This document shows positions 1-8,773 of a stretch of 43,926 nt of DNA, in pieces. Location of the stretch: positions 1 through 43,926 of the forward strand of contig JBJKQR010000051.1 of assembly GCA_046735395.1 (NCBI GenBank). Direction: 5' to 3'. How positions within the stretch are numbered: the first letter of the stretch is position 1; the number at the start of each line of letters is the position of its first letter. The notes beneath the pieces were generated by a model, which saw only the letters and a list, made by a program, of their open reading frames with translations, made no database searches and was not told the origin of the DNA. The translations under genes were made by a program, and so were the position numbers. The stretch comes from Fidelibacterota bacterium. GTDB lineage: Bacteria; Fidelibacterota; Fidelibacteria; Fidelibacterales; DSDE01.

Positions 1-2
1 GT

Positions 3-134
3 GTTTATCTATATACTCTCAGAACAGCGTCAAAAAGTATTTCCCGCAAGATGGTTCTCCTGGATAAGGGTGATGGGAATAGCCTCCAAATCAATGGCAA
101 TTCACCGTTACAGCGGGGACATCTGGACATGTAA
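3..134 (+). CDS. 3' end of a gene entering the window; ends in a T9SS type A (Por) sorting-domain-like motif plus a short tail
   Basis: Frame 3 reads VYLYTLRTASKSISRKMVLLDKGDGNSLQINGNSPLQRGHLDM* (TAA 132-134). VYLYxL...SRKMVLL matches the end of the CTD (GVYFYRL...KKMVLLK). Confidence 0.55.
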   Translation, partial: VYLYTLRTASKSISRKMVLLDKGDGNSLQINGNSPLQRGHLDM

Positions 135-255
135 TTATTGATTATTCTGCTTCAAGTGAAACGGAATATTCCATTTCAATGACCCAGACAAATGCGGGCC
201 TGGGATTGAATTTCATTTTTTGAAGATTATATCTGACACATCCTATCATACCAGA

Positions 256-291
256 AAAGAGATGGGGAAGCTTGCACTTCCCTGTCTCTTT
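256..291. terminator. Intrinsic terminator-like hairpin, probably bidirectional
   Basis: 15-bp stem AAAGAGATGGGGAAG / CTTCCCTGTCTCTTT (two G-U pairs on the + strand), loop CTTGCA, between convergent units. Confidence 0.65.
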
Positions 292-294
292 CGT
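265..294. repeat. 30-bp direct repeat, copy 1 (tRNA discriminator base plus trailer/terminator)
   Basis: GGGAAGCTTGCACTTCCCTGTCTCTTTCGT is identical at 265-294 and 690-719. Confidence 0.95.
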
Positions 295-426
295 TGTCCC
301 GCTGAAGCAGCGGGATAAACTCCGGCCCTATTTGGTACTTCGTCAGGATCGGCTGTCAGAGGACCTGCGTCCGCCAGCCGGAGGATACTTTAGTCCGTCT
401 ACTGACGGATGAGCCCAACGAGCTAC
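294..426 (-). pseudogene. Degenerate partial copy of tRNA-fMet interrupted by short palindromic inserts
   Basis: 409-426 is identical to tRNA 756-773 (D-arm to anticodon). ACCTGCG at 363-369 matches the T-arm. It ends at the duplicated trailer. Inserted hairpins lie at 297-315, 370-385 and 394-409. Confidence 0.7.
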
Positions 427-666
427 ATAGTATTGATTTTATATCTGATAAATTCCCGTCCCCGGAATGATTTCAATTCCTTTTCACGCTTCATCGCCTC
501 GGATCTACTCCCAAATAGTTCTGTATATATGACAGGGACGGTATTTGATTGTCCAGCCTTTCGTTGCCAGTTCATTGTGGGAATGAAATCTGCTTATTAA
601 ATCTGATGTATAACCAATGTAGATCTTATCATATTTCTCGGAGTACAAACAGTATACTGTGTACAT
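423..666 (-). pseudogene. Stand-alone small GIY-YIG nuclease (UPF0213/YhbQ-like), frameshifted
   Basis: MYTVYCLYSEKYDKIYIGYTSDLISRFHSHN...KGWTIKYRP, then a frame change near 530-535 continues VIYTELFGSRSEAMKREKELKSFRGREFIRYKINTM* (TAG 425-423). GGAG RBS precedes ATG 666. Confidence 0.85.
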
Positions 667-682
667 ATTTATCTCCACATAG

Positions 683-710
683 CAAAACAGGGAAGCTTGC
701 ACTTCCCTGT
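683..710 (-). terminator. Terminator hairpin downstream of tRNA-fMet
   Basis: Perfect 9-bp stem ACAGGGAAG / CTTCCCTGT (687-695, 702-710) followed by a short T-run on the minus strand. Confidence 0.65.
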
Positions 711-718
711 CTCTTTCG

Positions 719-719
<1 letters not shown>
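690..719. repeat. 30-bp direct repeat, copy 2
   Basis: Identical to 265-294. Confidence 0.95.
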
Positions 720-791
<72 letters not shown>

Positions 792-814
792 ATGTCTCTT
801 TCAAAAAGCCCTAT

Positions 815-843
815 AATATAGGTTAAATCCGGACCAATTCCAA
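815..843 (-). promoter_or_regulatory. Candidate sigma70 promoter for the tRNA
   Basis: TTGGAA - 17 bp - TATATT on the minus strand, about 23 nt upstream of the tRNA. Confidence 0.5.
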
Positions 844-859
844 ACGCAATTTCAGCTTC

Positions 860-1339
860 TTATTCGAATGACAGAGCTCGGATCTTCAGAATTTCATACT
901 GCAGTTTGCCGCGCCGGCTTTCAAATTCGGCGGTCTCCCCCACCTTCTTGTTCATCATTGCCTGGCCCAGCGGCGAAGTGTAGGTCATAATATTGGGAAA
1001 AAGTTCCAGTTCATATTCGACAGGCCCCACCAGCTGAAAGATCTCTTCGGCATTCGTCCGGAGATTTTTCGCGGTGACTTCCGTACCGTAGACAACCTGA
1101 TCACCCTTAATGTTCTTTTCCTCGATGATGCGGGCGCCCAGATATTCCTCCCAGTGTCTCAGGCTCTGAAACAGCATAACCTGCCGTTCCTTCGCAGCAT
1201 CATACTCGGCATTTTCGCTCAGATCACCTTTAGAGGCGGCTTCACCGATATCCTTGCTGTTCTGTGCAATGTCGAGTTTTATTTTATCAATGCGGTCCAG
1301 CAATTTTTCAAAAGTGGATCGTAACAGTACCAATGCCAT
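860..1339 (-). CDS. greA: Transcription elongation factor GreA
   Basis: GDLSENAEYDAAKE motif and SPLGQAM. ATG 1339 follows AGGAG. Confidence 0.9.
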   Translation of the reverse strand: MALVLLRSTFEKLLDRIDKIKLDIAQNSKDIGEAASKGDLSENAEYDAAKERQVMLFQSLRHWEEYLGARIIEEKNIKGDQVVYGTEVTAKNLRTNAEEIFQLVGPVEYELELFPNIMTYTSPLGQAMMNKKVGETAEFESRRGKLQYEILKIRALSFE

Positions 1340-1373
1340 AATCACAACTCCTGTTCTAAGTTTGGCTGTAAAT

Positions 1374-1988
1374 TTATTTATTTTTCAGTCGGATTCCAAT
1401 GATTTTGCCCTGGGTCGCATTGCGGATGGAAACGAGCAATCTTTCCTCGTCCTCTTCCCTGCATTCCAGCTCCAGATCAATCTCTTCCCCGTAGGCTGTG
1501 TTCCGATCCAGCAGTTCAAAACCCTTCAGGTCACGTTCTATAAGTGTCTGATATTCATATGGATAACGAAATGAAAGCCGGATACCGATTTCGACGGATT
1601 GTATCTCGGCGGCAGTGATCGCAGTTTCGGCAGCTTCCGAATAAGCCCTCACCAGGCCGCCTGTTCCCAGCTTCGTTCCCCCGAAATAGCGCGTAACCAC
1701 ACAGAGGATGGAATTCAGCTCATATTTTTCCAGCATATCGAAAATGGGTTTTCCGGCAGTCCCGGACGGCTCGCCGTCGTCGCTGTAGCGAAAGTGGTCC
1801 TGTCCGTTCTCCTCCGGCAGCTTCCAGGCGAAACAGTGATGCGTCGCGTCATAATAGCGCTTCCGCAGAGCCTGCAATTCACGCTGTACTTCCTCTTCAT
1901 CCCCGACAGGAAAACAGCGGGCGATGAATTTGCTGCCCCTGACGACGATCTTTGCTTCGGAATTCTCTGTAATACTGAAATATTTCAT
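1374..1988 (-). CDS. yigZ: YigZ/IMPACT family protein
   Basis: SKFIA, ATHHCFAW, SDDGEPSGTAGKP and VVTRYFGGTKLGTGGLVRAY motifs. Confidence 0.92.
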   Translation of the reverse strand: MKYFSITENSEAKIVVRGSKFIARCFPVGDEEEVQRELQALRKRYYDATHHCFAWKLPEENGQDHFRYSDDGEPSGTAGKPIFDMLEKYELNSILCVVTRYFGGTKLGTGGLVRAYSEAAETAITAAEIQSVEIGIRLSFRYPYEYQTLIERDLKGFELLDRNTAYGEEIDLELECREEDEERLLVSIRNATQGKIIGIRLKNK

Positions 1989-3514
1989 TTAAGGATGGTG
2001 AACTTTTTCACGAAGGTCTCATCCTCCACCGAAAGTTCCATAAAATAGACACCGGAGGCCACCGGGCCCAGAGTTGTGGCCAGAGGCACGCTTATATTAT
2101 CGATGCTGCTGACATGATATCCCGAGTCGTAGAGGCGCTGCCCCAGAATGTTGTAGATTCGGTACAAGTACCGGCTTTTTAGGCCCGGAAAACTGATACT
2201 CAGAGTCAGCACAGCGCCGGACATGACCGGATTCGGAAAAAGCGCGGCAAAGCGGATGGAGCTCTGATGAAAGACCAGGCGGGCGGTCAGCAGATCCTGC
2301 CCGTTTCCTACTCCTCCGCCGATACAGAGAACGGCGCCTCCGTTGAGAAGTCCTGACGGCAGATAGGTCATGCCGCTGCTGATATCCAGACATTCGGGCC
2401 CCTTCGGGCCATGATAAACGATTTCGGCATTGAGGTTATCAGTCCCATCCAGTCCCACTTCCATTCTCTGCTGTCCCGATGGAAAGGATAGATTGAAAAA
2501 ATTCGTGGCCAGTGCCTTGCTCTGCAGTGAAAAGGACAGGGAATCCGTCATCTGGACTTTCAGGGTGTAGGCTTTGGGAATCTGCAGCGCCGGCAATTGT
2601 GCTGCATCCGGAATGGGGCTGAGCACTGCGGCATCATCCTGCCCGCAGACCGACAGTGACGCAGCCATATCCGCCAGTGCCGGACTCCAGCCGTCAGAAC
2701 CGAAATTATGCACGAGATAATTGGTCACGGATTTATAGACATTCTGCTTCATGATGGCAGTCCAGATATCCAGCAGGCTGTTGGGATGCAGGGCTTCCAG
2801 ATAGATCGTGAACCAGGCGTTATCGTAGGAATAGCTCGGTACCGGATCACCCCAGGTGGTCGAATAGCGCTCGAAATACTGAAAATAATCATTCACTTCC
2901 GGAAAGGCCTTATCCTCGAACCAGACCGAGGAAGCTTCCAGGAACCAGACTTCATCGTTACTCCAGGACCAGAGCCCGTATCCGAGCTGAACCACATGGA
3001 AAAATTCATGTGCACAGGTCACCCGCAATGCATCATCGCCGTGCCTGTAAAATAGAGCTCCCACAAAATCATTATCAATTTCAATATAACTGGTGTAATC
3101 CACAGTCCTGCTGGTCGAGGCCACACCTGCTTCCGGAGTGGTTCCTCCGTAGCCGCCGTCTCCCAGATTCCGGAAATATACATCCGTTTCCGGTGAGGAT
3201 GCATTATCCACCGGCGGCGCAGAATAGCCCAGTGTATCCACGAGCAGGGAATAGGCATGTTCCAGATATGTTCCGGCATGAAGGATAAAATCCGGAACAG
3301 TTCCATCCAGAGTCCGTATCTGCGGTACCGAATCCAATCCGGTATTGGTATAATGAAGCAGGAAATGCCCTGCTGTACTCAGATAGGTCTGTGGCAGTCC
3401 TGACGGCCTTCCATCCTTTCCCCCGGGCTGACGGATATCCGTCCAGGGACGCTGTCCGGCCTGAAGTGAAGCAAGGGCCAGCAATAGGGAAAGTAGGAAG
3501 AAGATGCGCTTCAT
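1985..3514 (-). CDS. Secreted zinc metallopeptidase-like protein (HExxH, MXAN_6640-like) with T9SS type A sorting domain
   Basis: Signal peptide MKRIFFLLSLLLALASLQA (ATG 3514), AHEFFHVVQ...WFLEASSVWFED, and C-terminal FPNP...IYNILGQ...ASGVYF...KKFTILK. Confidence 0.8.
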   Translation of the reverse strand: MKRIFFLLSLLLALASLQAGQRPWTDIRQPGGKDGRPSGLPQTYLSTAGHFLLHYTNTGLDSVPQIRTLDGTVPDFILHAGTYLEHAYSLLVDTLGYSAPPVDNASSPETDVYFRNLGDGGYGGTTPEAGVASTSRTVDYTSYIEIDNDFVGALFYRHGDDALRVTCAHEFFHVVQLGYGLWSWSNDEVWFLEASSVWFEDKAFPEVNDYFQYFERYSTTWGDPVPSYSYDNAWFTIYLEALHPNSLLDIWTAIMKQNVYKSVTNYLVHNFGSDGWSPALADMAASLSVCGQDDAAVLSPIPDAAQLPALQIPKAYTLKVQMTDSLSFSLQSKALATNFFNLSFPSGQQRMEVGLDGTDNLNAEIVYHGPKGPECLDISSGMTYLPSGLLNGGAVLCIGGGVGNGQDLLTARLVFHQSSIRFAALFPNPVMSGAVLTLSISFPGLKSRYLYRIYNILGQRLYDSGYHVSSIDNISVPLATTLGPVASGVYFMELSVEDETFVKKFTILK

Positions 3515-3524
3515 TCGTCGGTCA

Positions 3525-4832
3525 TTATTTATTTCTGAAACTGAATTTGACAGGGACGCCGGTAAAATCGTAGGCTTTGCGGAATTCATTTTCCAGAAAA
3601 CGCCGGTAACTGTCGTCAATGGCCTTGGGATCATTGGCATAAAATCCCACAAGCGGCGGCTTGACGGCAACCTGGGAAACATATTTGATTTTAATGAAAC
3701 GCCCGTTCTTTGAGGGCAGCGGGTGACGTTCGATTACCCGGGCAAAAAAGTCATTGATTTCCGAAGTCGAAATACGTTTTTCCAGCTTTTCCCGGATCTC
3801 AAAGGCCATATCCAGCATTTTGAAAAGACGGATCTTTTCCTGAGCGGACACGAAAAAGAGCGGATAATGGCGAAGCGGCGGATAGGCATCGATCATCCGG
3901 AGTTCCAGTTCACGCGCGGTTCCGGTATCCTTTTCCACTAAGTCCCATTTATTGACGGCAACGATGAGTCCTTTACCCCGTTCAATCACTTCATTGGCAA
4001 TGCGGATATCCCCTTTGCTGAATCCCTTGTCCCCATCAATCAGGAGAATGCAGACATCCGCCTCATCAATGGCTTTCATACTCCGGACAGAGCTGTAAAA
4101 TTCAATCTGATCCTCAAAATAATTCTTTTTGCGGATACCGGCGGTATCCACCAGTATAACCGTTTTCTGGTGGTAGCGAAAGGAACTGCTGATGCTGTCC
4201 CGTGTGGTCCCGGGGATATCTGTGACGATATGCCGGTCCTGATCCAGAAAGGTATTCGCCATGGTCGATTTTCCGGCATTGGGCATGCCCAGCAGAGCCA
4301 GCCGCAGATCCGGCTCGTTATCCAGAGCTTCATCCTCGGCGGGCATATAAGACAGAACCAGGTCCAGCAGATCGCCGATAGCGCGCCCTCCGAGGGCCGA
4401 AATGAAATTCGGTTCACCGAGACCCAGATTATAAAAGACGTGGATATCCAGCTCCCGTTCAGCATTGTCAACCTTGTTCACGGTCAGGATCACCGGTTTT
4501 CCTGCTTTTTTCAGGATGGATGCCACCTCCATGTCAAATTCCGTAGGGCCGGTAAGCACATCGGCCATAAAGATGATGACATCAGCCTCATCGACGGCAA
4601 TGAGCGCCTGCTTGCGGATATTTTCCTCAATATGATCCTTCGGGTGAATCATGATTCCGCCTGTATCAATGACAGTAAAGCCTCGTCCTGCCCATTCGGA
4701 TGTTCCGTATAGCCGGTCCCGTGTCACCCCGTCCTGAGAATCCACGATGGCTTTCCGTTTTGAAATCAGACGATTAAACAATGTGGATTTTCCCACATTT
4801 GGCCGGCCTACAATGGCTGCGATTCCTCTCAT
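3525..4832 (-). CDS. der: Ribosome biogenesis GTPase Der (EngA)
   Basis: Two G domains (GRPNVGKST, DTGG, NKVD; GMPNAGKST, DTAG, NKWD) and a KH-like C-terminus (YRRFLEN). Confidence 0.97.
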   Translation of the reverse strand: MRGIAAIVGRPNVGKSTLFNRLISKRKAIVDSQDGVTRDRLYGTSEWAGRGFTVIDTGGIMIHPKDHIEENIRKQALIAVDEADVIIFMADVLTGPTEFDMEVASILKKAGKPVILTVNKVDNAERELDIHVFYNLGLGEPNFISALGGRAIGDLLDLVLSYMPAEDEALDNEPDLRLALLGMPNAGKSTMANTFLDQDRHIVTDIPGTTRDSISSSFRYHQKTVILVDTAGIRKKNYFEDQIEFYSSVRSMKAIDEADVCILLIDGDKGFSKGDIRIANEVIERGKGLIVAVNKWDLVEKDTGTARELELRMIDAYPPLRHYPLFFVSAQEKIRLFKMLDMAFEIREKLEKRISTSEINDFFARVIERHPLPSKNGRFIKIKYVSQVAVKPPLVGFYANDPKAIDDSYRRFLENEFRKAYDFTGVPVKFSFRNK

Positions 4833-4845
4833 ATCTCCCTGTCTC

Positions 4846-6390
4846 CTAATTCTGTTCGATTTTCTCGATAAGCTTCTCCAGGATCCTGGGAAAGCTGGCC
4901 AGTGTTTCCGGAAATTTTTCCATATCGAATTCGGATGTTTGTTTTTTCAATGTTTCCGCCCAGGCAATCAGAGTTTCGTCTTCCTGTGCCTCTCCCAGAT
5001 CCCGGACCATATCTGCAAATTCCTCAATCTCAGTCAGAATACGATTCCGGCTGACATTTTCCCAGATGGGCATGACATCTTCTTCCAGCATATTAAGCAA
5101 TTTTATATTATTTTGCTTATTATTATCATTATTTATAATTTTATCTGATATTTTATCAAGCACTTCATCATCCGCTGCAGCGTCTCCGATCAGCAGGGAA
5201 ATAATTTCGCTCTTCTCGACGCGATGATGTACCAGCGTTCCGGTCTCATCCATATTCCTGCTGAAGCCATCCGGCCCGTACAGATCTTCAGAAACCTGGT
5301 CAGGATCCTGCGCTTTTCCGATGAGAACATTGTCCAGACGCACCGTAAATTTGCTGCCGCGGCTGGGAGCGGAATTAACTTCTATCTGCCCGCCCATCAG
5401 TTCACAGAGATGTTTGCTGATTGCGAGCCCCAGCCCCGTTCCCCCGAATATGGTGGAATCCTGCTGATCATTCTGGGTAAAGGGTTCGAAAATCCGATCC
5501 TTCTGCCCGGATTCGATCCCGATGCCCGTATCTTCCACAGTCATGACCAGACGGCCTCGTCCGCTGCGGCCCTTCTCCTCAAACGCAGCGTGCAGCCGAA
5601 TATACCCGATATGCGTGAACTTCTCCGCATTGGAAATGAGATTGATGAGAATCTGCTGTACTCTCACCTTGTCAATAAATACGGTGGCCGGTAAACCCGT
5701 ATCGGCCTGAATGATGAAATCCAGCCCCTTGTCCGTAATTTTTCGATAGAAAATATGACGGATTTCGTTGAAGATTACCTGAAGATCCTCCTCTTCAACT
5801 TTGATCTCGATTTTGCCTGACTCCAGCTTTGCCAGATCCAGAATGTTGTTGATCAGCTTAACCAAGGTCTGGCCGCTGGTCCGGATACTGTTCAGAAAAT
5901 TCAGGCTGTTCGGATCGGAGATCTTTTTCGACAATACTTCCGTAAATCCGATAATGGCATTCATGGGTGTGCGGATTTCATGACTCAGATTCGCTAAAAA
6001 TTTTGATTTCGTCTGAAGAGCGATTTCCGCTTCCATGCGGGCTTCAACCAATGCCGTCTCTGTTTCCTTCTGCTTCTGTATATCAATCAGGACAACGACA
6101 TACCCGGACACCTGACGCTGCTGAATACTGACCATAACCGGATGTGGCGCCAGGCCATTTCCTGCTTTGACCAGCAATTCGGAAGACTGACCCGCAACGG
6201 ATTTGCGCAGCATTTTTTTCAGAGTTTGACGGGAGGAGGCTTCCAGGAGAAGAGGGAAACTCCGTCCGCGCAGTCCTGCACGCTTCAGGAATCCGCTTTC
6301 GGCGGCAGCCTGGTTCACATCGCTGATTTTGAACTCTTCATCCAGAATCAGGACGGGAACAGGCAGCTCGTCCATCAAATAATCTGCCAT
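4846..6390 (-). CDS. Cytoplasmic PAS sensor histidine kinase with helical C-terminal tail
   Basis: N-terminal PAS, FLANLSHEIRTPMNAI, NLISNAEKFT, DTGIGI and GGTGLGLAI. Confidence 0.9.
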   Translation of the reverse strand: MADYLMDELPVPVLILDEEFKISDVNQAAAESGFLKRAGLRGRSFPLLLEASSRQTLKKMLRKSVAGQSSELLVKAGNGLAPHPVMVSIQQRQVSGYVVVLIDIQKQKETETALVEARMEAEIALQTKSKFLANLSHEIRTPMNAIIGFTEVLSKKISDPNSLNFLNSIRTSGQTLVKLINNILDLAKLESGKIEIKVEEEDLQVIFNEIRHIFYRKITDKGLDFIIQADTGLPATVFIDKVRVQQILINLISNAEKFTHIGYIRLHAAFEEKGRSGRGRLVMTVEDTGIGIESGQKDRIFEPFTQNDQQDSTIFGGTGLGLAISKHLCELMGGQIEVNSAPSRGSKFTVRLDNVLIGKAQDPDQVSEDLYGPDGFSRNMDETGTLVHHRVEKSEIISLLIGDAAADDEVLDKISDKIINNDNNKQNNIKLLNMLEEDVMPIWENVSRNRILTEIEEFADMVRDLGEAQEDETLIAWAETLKKQTSEFDMEKFPETLASFPRILEKLIEKIEQN

Positions 6391-6407
6391 CTCCGGTTTA
6401 ATCTCCT

Positions 6408-7382
6408 TTAACGTTGTTCAGCGGGAATAACCTGATTTTTACCGTCCTGTTTTCCCTTGTACAGCGCTTCATCCGCAAGTCTGATGTAATGATTGATATC
6501 GTAATCTTCATCATTGAACTCGGAAACACCAAAGGTCATGGTCACCTTCAGATTTTCTCCCTGGCAGTCTACAAACGAAGCCTCAATGGTTGCCCGGAGT
6601 TTCTCCGCGACCGTCAAGCCGCCTTCCAGTGTGGTGCCCGGCAGCATCATGAGGAATTCCTCACCGCCCCAGCGGGCGACGGCGTCAATCTGCCGCAGAT
6701 TGCTTTTCAGGATGGTCGAAACGTTGACCAGTACTGCATCACCGCATTCGTGCCCGTAATTGTCATTAATATGCTTGAAATTATCAATATCCGAGATTAT
6801 GACCGTGAATCCCTTTTTATTACGGTTGAAACGGCTGACTTCCAGCTGGAGTTTCTCGATCATATCCCGGCGGTTGGACAGGCGGGTCAGCATATCGGTC
6901 TGGGAAATTTCCTTCAGCTTCTCGTAGGCACGTTCCAATTTATCATTTTTCTGCTGAAGTTCCCCATTGACCCGTTCCAGTTCATCCCGGCTCTGTTTCA
7001 GTTCGAGATGGGTCCGGACCCTCACCGTCAGTTCCGTCCCGCTGAAGGGTTTGGTGATATAATCCACAGCGCCGATCTCAAAACCCTTCACCAGGTCATC
7101 CGCTTCGTTGCGGGCCGTGAGAAAAATGATGCGGGCTTCCTGAGTCCGTGGGTTCTTTTTCATCTGGCGGCAGACTTCGTAGCCGTCCATTTCCGGCATC
7201 ATGATATCCAGCAGCACCAGATCAGGCTGGGTGGCTTTGGCAACCTCCAGCGCCTGATGCCCACTCGTGGCCACGGCAATATCATAATTTTCATTCCGTA
7301 AAATATTTGCCAGAAGACTCAGGTTTTTAGGAACATCATCGACTAATAAAATCAGCGGCTTTTCTCTCGACATCTGTGTCAC
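6408..7382 (-). CDS. Response regulator diguanylate cyclase (REC-GGDEF, PleD/WspR-like)
   Basis: LVDD, DLVLLDIMMP and KP receiver motifs; DIDNFKHINDNYGH; I-site RQID; ARWGGEEF. Start is GTG 7382 or ATG 7373. Confidence 0.93.
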   Translation of the reverse strand: MTQMSREKPLILLVDDVPKNLSLLANILRNENYDIAVATSGHQALEVAKATQPDLVLLDIMMPEMDGYEVCRQMKKNPRTQEARIIFLTARNEADDLVKGFEIGAVDYITKPFSGTELTVRVRTHLELKQSRDELERVNGELQQKNDKLERAYEKLKEISQTDMLTRLSNRRDMIEKLQLEVSRFNRNKKGFTVIISDIDNFKHINDNYGHECGDAVLVNVSTILKSNLRQIDAVARWGGEEFLMMLPGTTLEGGLTVAEKLRATIEASFVDCQGENLKVTMTFGVSEFNDEDYDINHYIRLADEALYKGKQDGKNQVIPAEQR

Positions 7383-7769
7383 CCTGACGTTTAATTAGTT
7401 GAATTTAAAAATATTGGCTCATAAAACAAAGGGTTATGCACGGTGAATCGGGTAGCGAAAACCTGTATTCAGGAATGTTCTTGGGTTGGTGTTCGGACAG
7501 CCCGTTTTCCCTCTACCGGAATTCGGCGTCGTATCCGTCTCCCCTGTTTTCCGGTATTGCAGCTGCAATGAATGGGTTTCTAATGGGAAAATATTTCCGG
7601 TTGGGCTTCGAATTTTACCCTTCATCCACGGATCTTCGGCTCCTTCGGGAAGTTTATACTGCATAGAATCATGATTTGTTTCAGCGCGACATATCATTAA
7701 TTATCATGATCTTACGATACAATTATTCAAATAGAACTCGGAGTTGCTGTTAAATGTGAGAAGGAGGAT

Positions 7770-7784
7770 TGGCACAGCATTTGA
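7770..7784 (+). promoter_or_regulatory. Candidate sigma54 (-24/-12) promoter
   Basis: TGGCAC-AGCAT-TTGA with correct spacing; the -12 element is TTGA rather than TTGC. Confidence 0.5.
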
Positions 7785-7807
7785 GCATCTGCCGTACGGA
7801 AGAAAAA

Positions 7808-8773
7808 ATGAACGGGATCCAAAAGGGAAATCTTGATATGACAGTACAGGAATTCAGAACAGAACCGGAACAGCCCAGGCGGCTCGGCAAGATCATCAGT
7901 ACGATCAGCAACAAGGGTGGTGTGGGAAAAACGGTATATTCCATTGAAATTGCCAATCAGCTGAGCCGGCACGGCAAGAAAGTCCTGCTGATTGACACCG
8001 ATCTGAACACCGGTGATATTTCCATAAAACTGGGCCTGAGGCCAAACGGAACCCTCCTGGACTTCTTCGAGAAGAATATCGATTCGCTGGAACAACTGAT
8101 TGTAAAGAAATACAATTTCGATCTGATTCCGGGCGCCGGCGGAAGTTTCAAATTCGCCAATATCAATTATTTTCAGAAACTGAAATTCATTAAAGCCTTC
8201 AAACAGGTGTCTGAATATTACGATTATACCATTCTGGACCTGGGAGCAGGCATTGAACGGACGACATTGGATTTTGCACTGACTGCGGATTACACAACCA
8301 TCGTCACCACACCCGAAGATGTGCAGACCGGATATGGCTGCGCAAAGGCCGCCGCTGAAAGAATGTATGAACTGGAAAAGCGCCTGCAGGAAAAGAACGA
8401 AGACTACCGCATGAAGACAGAGTTCTCTCCCCTTTTCGTCTTCAATAAAGCCGACGGCGATCTGGCTCATGCTATTTTTCATGCGATCAAGAAAGCGACG
8501 GACGTGACCCGTGATAAGTTCGGCATTGAGATACAGCCCCGCTTCCTGGGTTCGGTGGAAGCCGAATACCGGCTATTCGGCAAATCCTACGCCCAGCTGC
8601 ACACCCCGGTCTCCGTCAAATATCCCTATAGCGGCTCCGGTCGGTCATTTCAGAAAATGGCCTCCTTCTACCTGATGAATGAAGCCGGTGCGCGTTTTAC
8701 AAAAAAAGAAAGCCCTATTAATAAAATTATGAGATTTTTTACAAATGAGCAGGAAATTCACACCGCACATTGA
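7808..8773 (+). CDS. MinD/ParA-family ATPase, FlhG/FleN-like
   Basis: Deviant Walker A SNKGGVGKT, LLIDTD, DLIPGAGG, ILDLGAG and a C-terminal amphipathic INKIMRFF. Start is ATG 7808 or 7838. Confidence 0.85.
   Translation: MNGIQKGNLDMTVQEFRTEPEQPRRLGKIISTISNKGGVGKTVYSIEIANQLSRHGKKVLLIDTDLNTGDISIKLGLRPNGTLLDFFEKNIDSLEQLIVKKYNFDLIPGAGGSFKFANINYFQKLKFIKAFKQVSEYYDYTILDLGAGIERTTLDFALTADYTTIVTTPEDVQTGYGCAKAAAERMYELEKRLQEKNEDYRMKTEFSPLFVFNKADGDLAHAIFHAIKKATDVTRDKFGIEIQPRFLGSVEAEYRLFGKSYAQLHTPVSVKYPYSGSGRSFQKMASFYLMNEAGARFTKKESPINKIMRFFTNEQEIHTAH

Noticed and set aside
3515..3682. 56-aa N-terminal extension of ORF 1985..3682
   Set aside because: Overlaps der; the signal peptide begins at ATG 3514.
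6414..7301. 295-aa plus-strand ORF
   Set aside because: Antisense shadow of the REC-GGDEF gene with no motifs.
7434..7697. Short ORFs (87, 76 and 62 aa) in the divergent spacer, or a riboswitch there
   Set aside because: No recognisable motif, RBS or aptamer consensus. The 87-aa ORF cannot be fully excluded.
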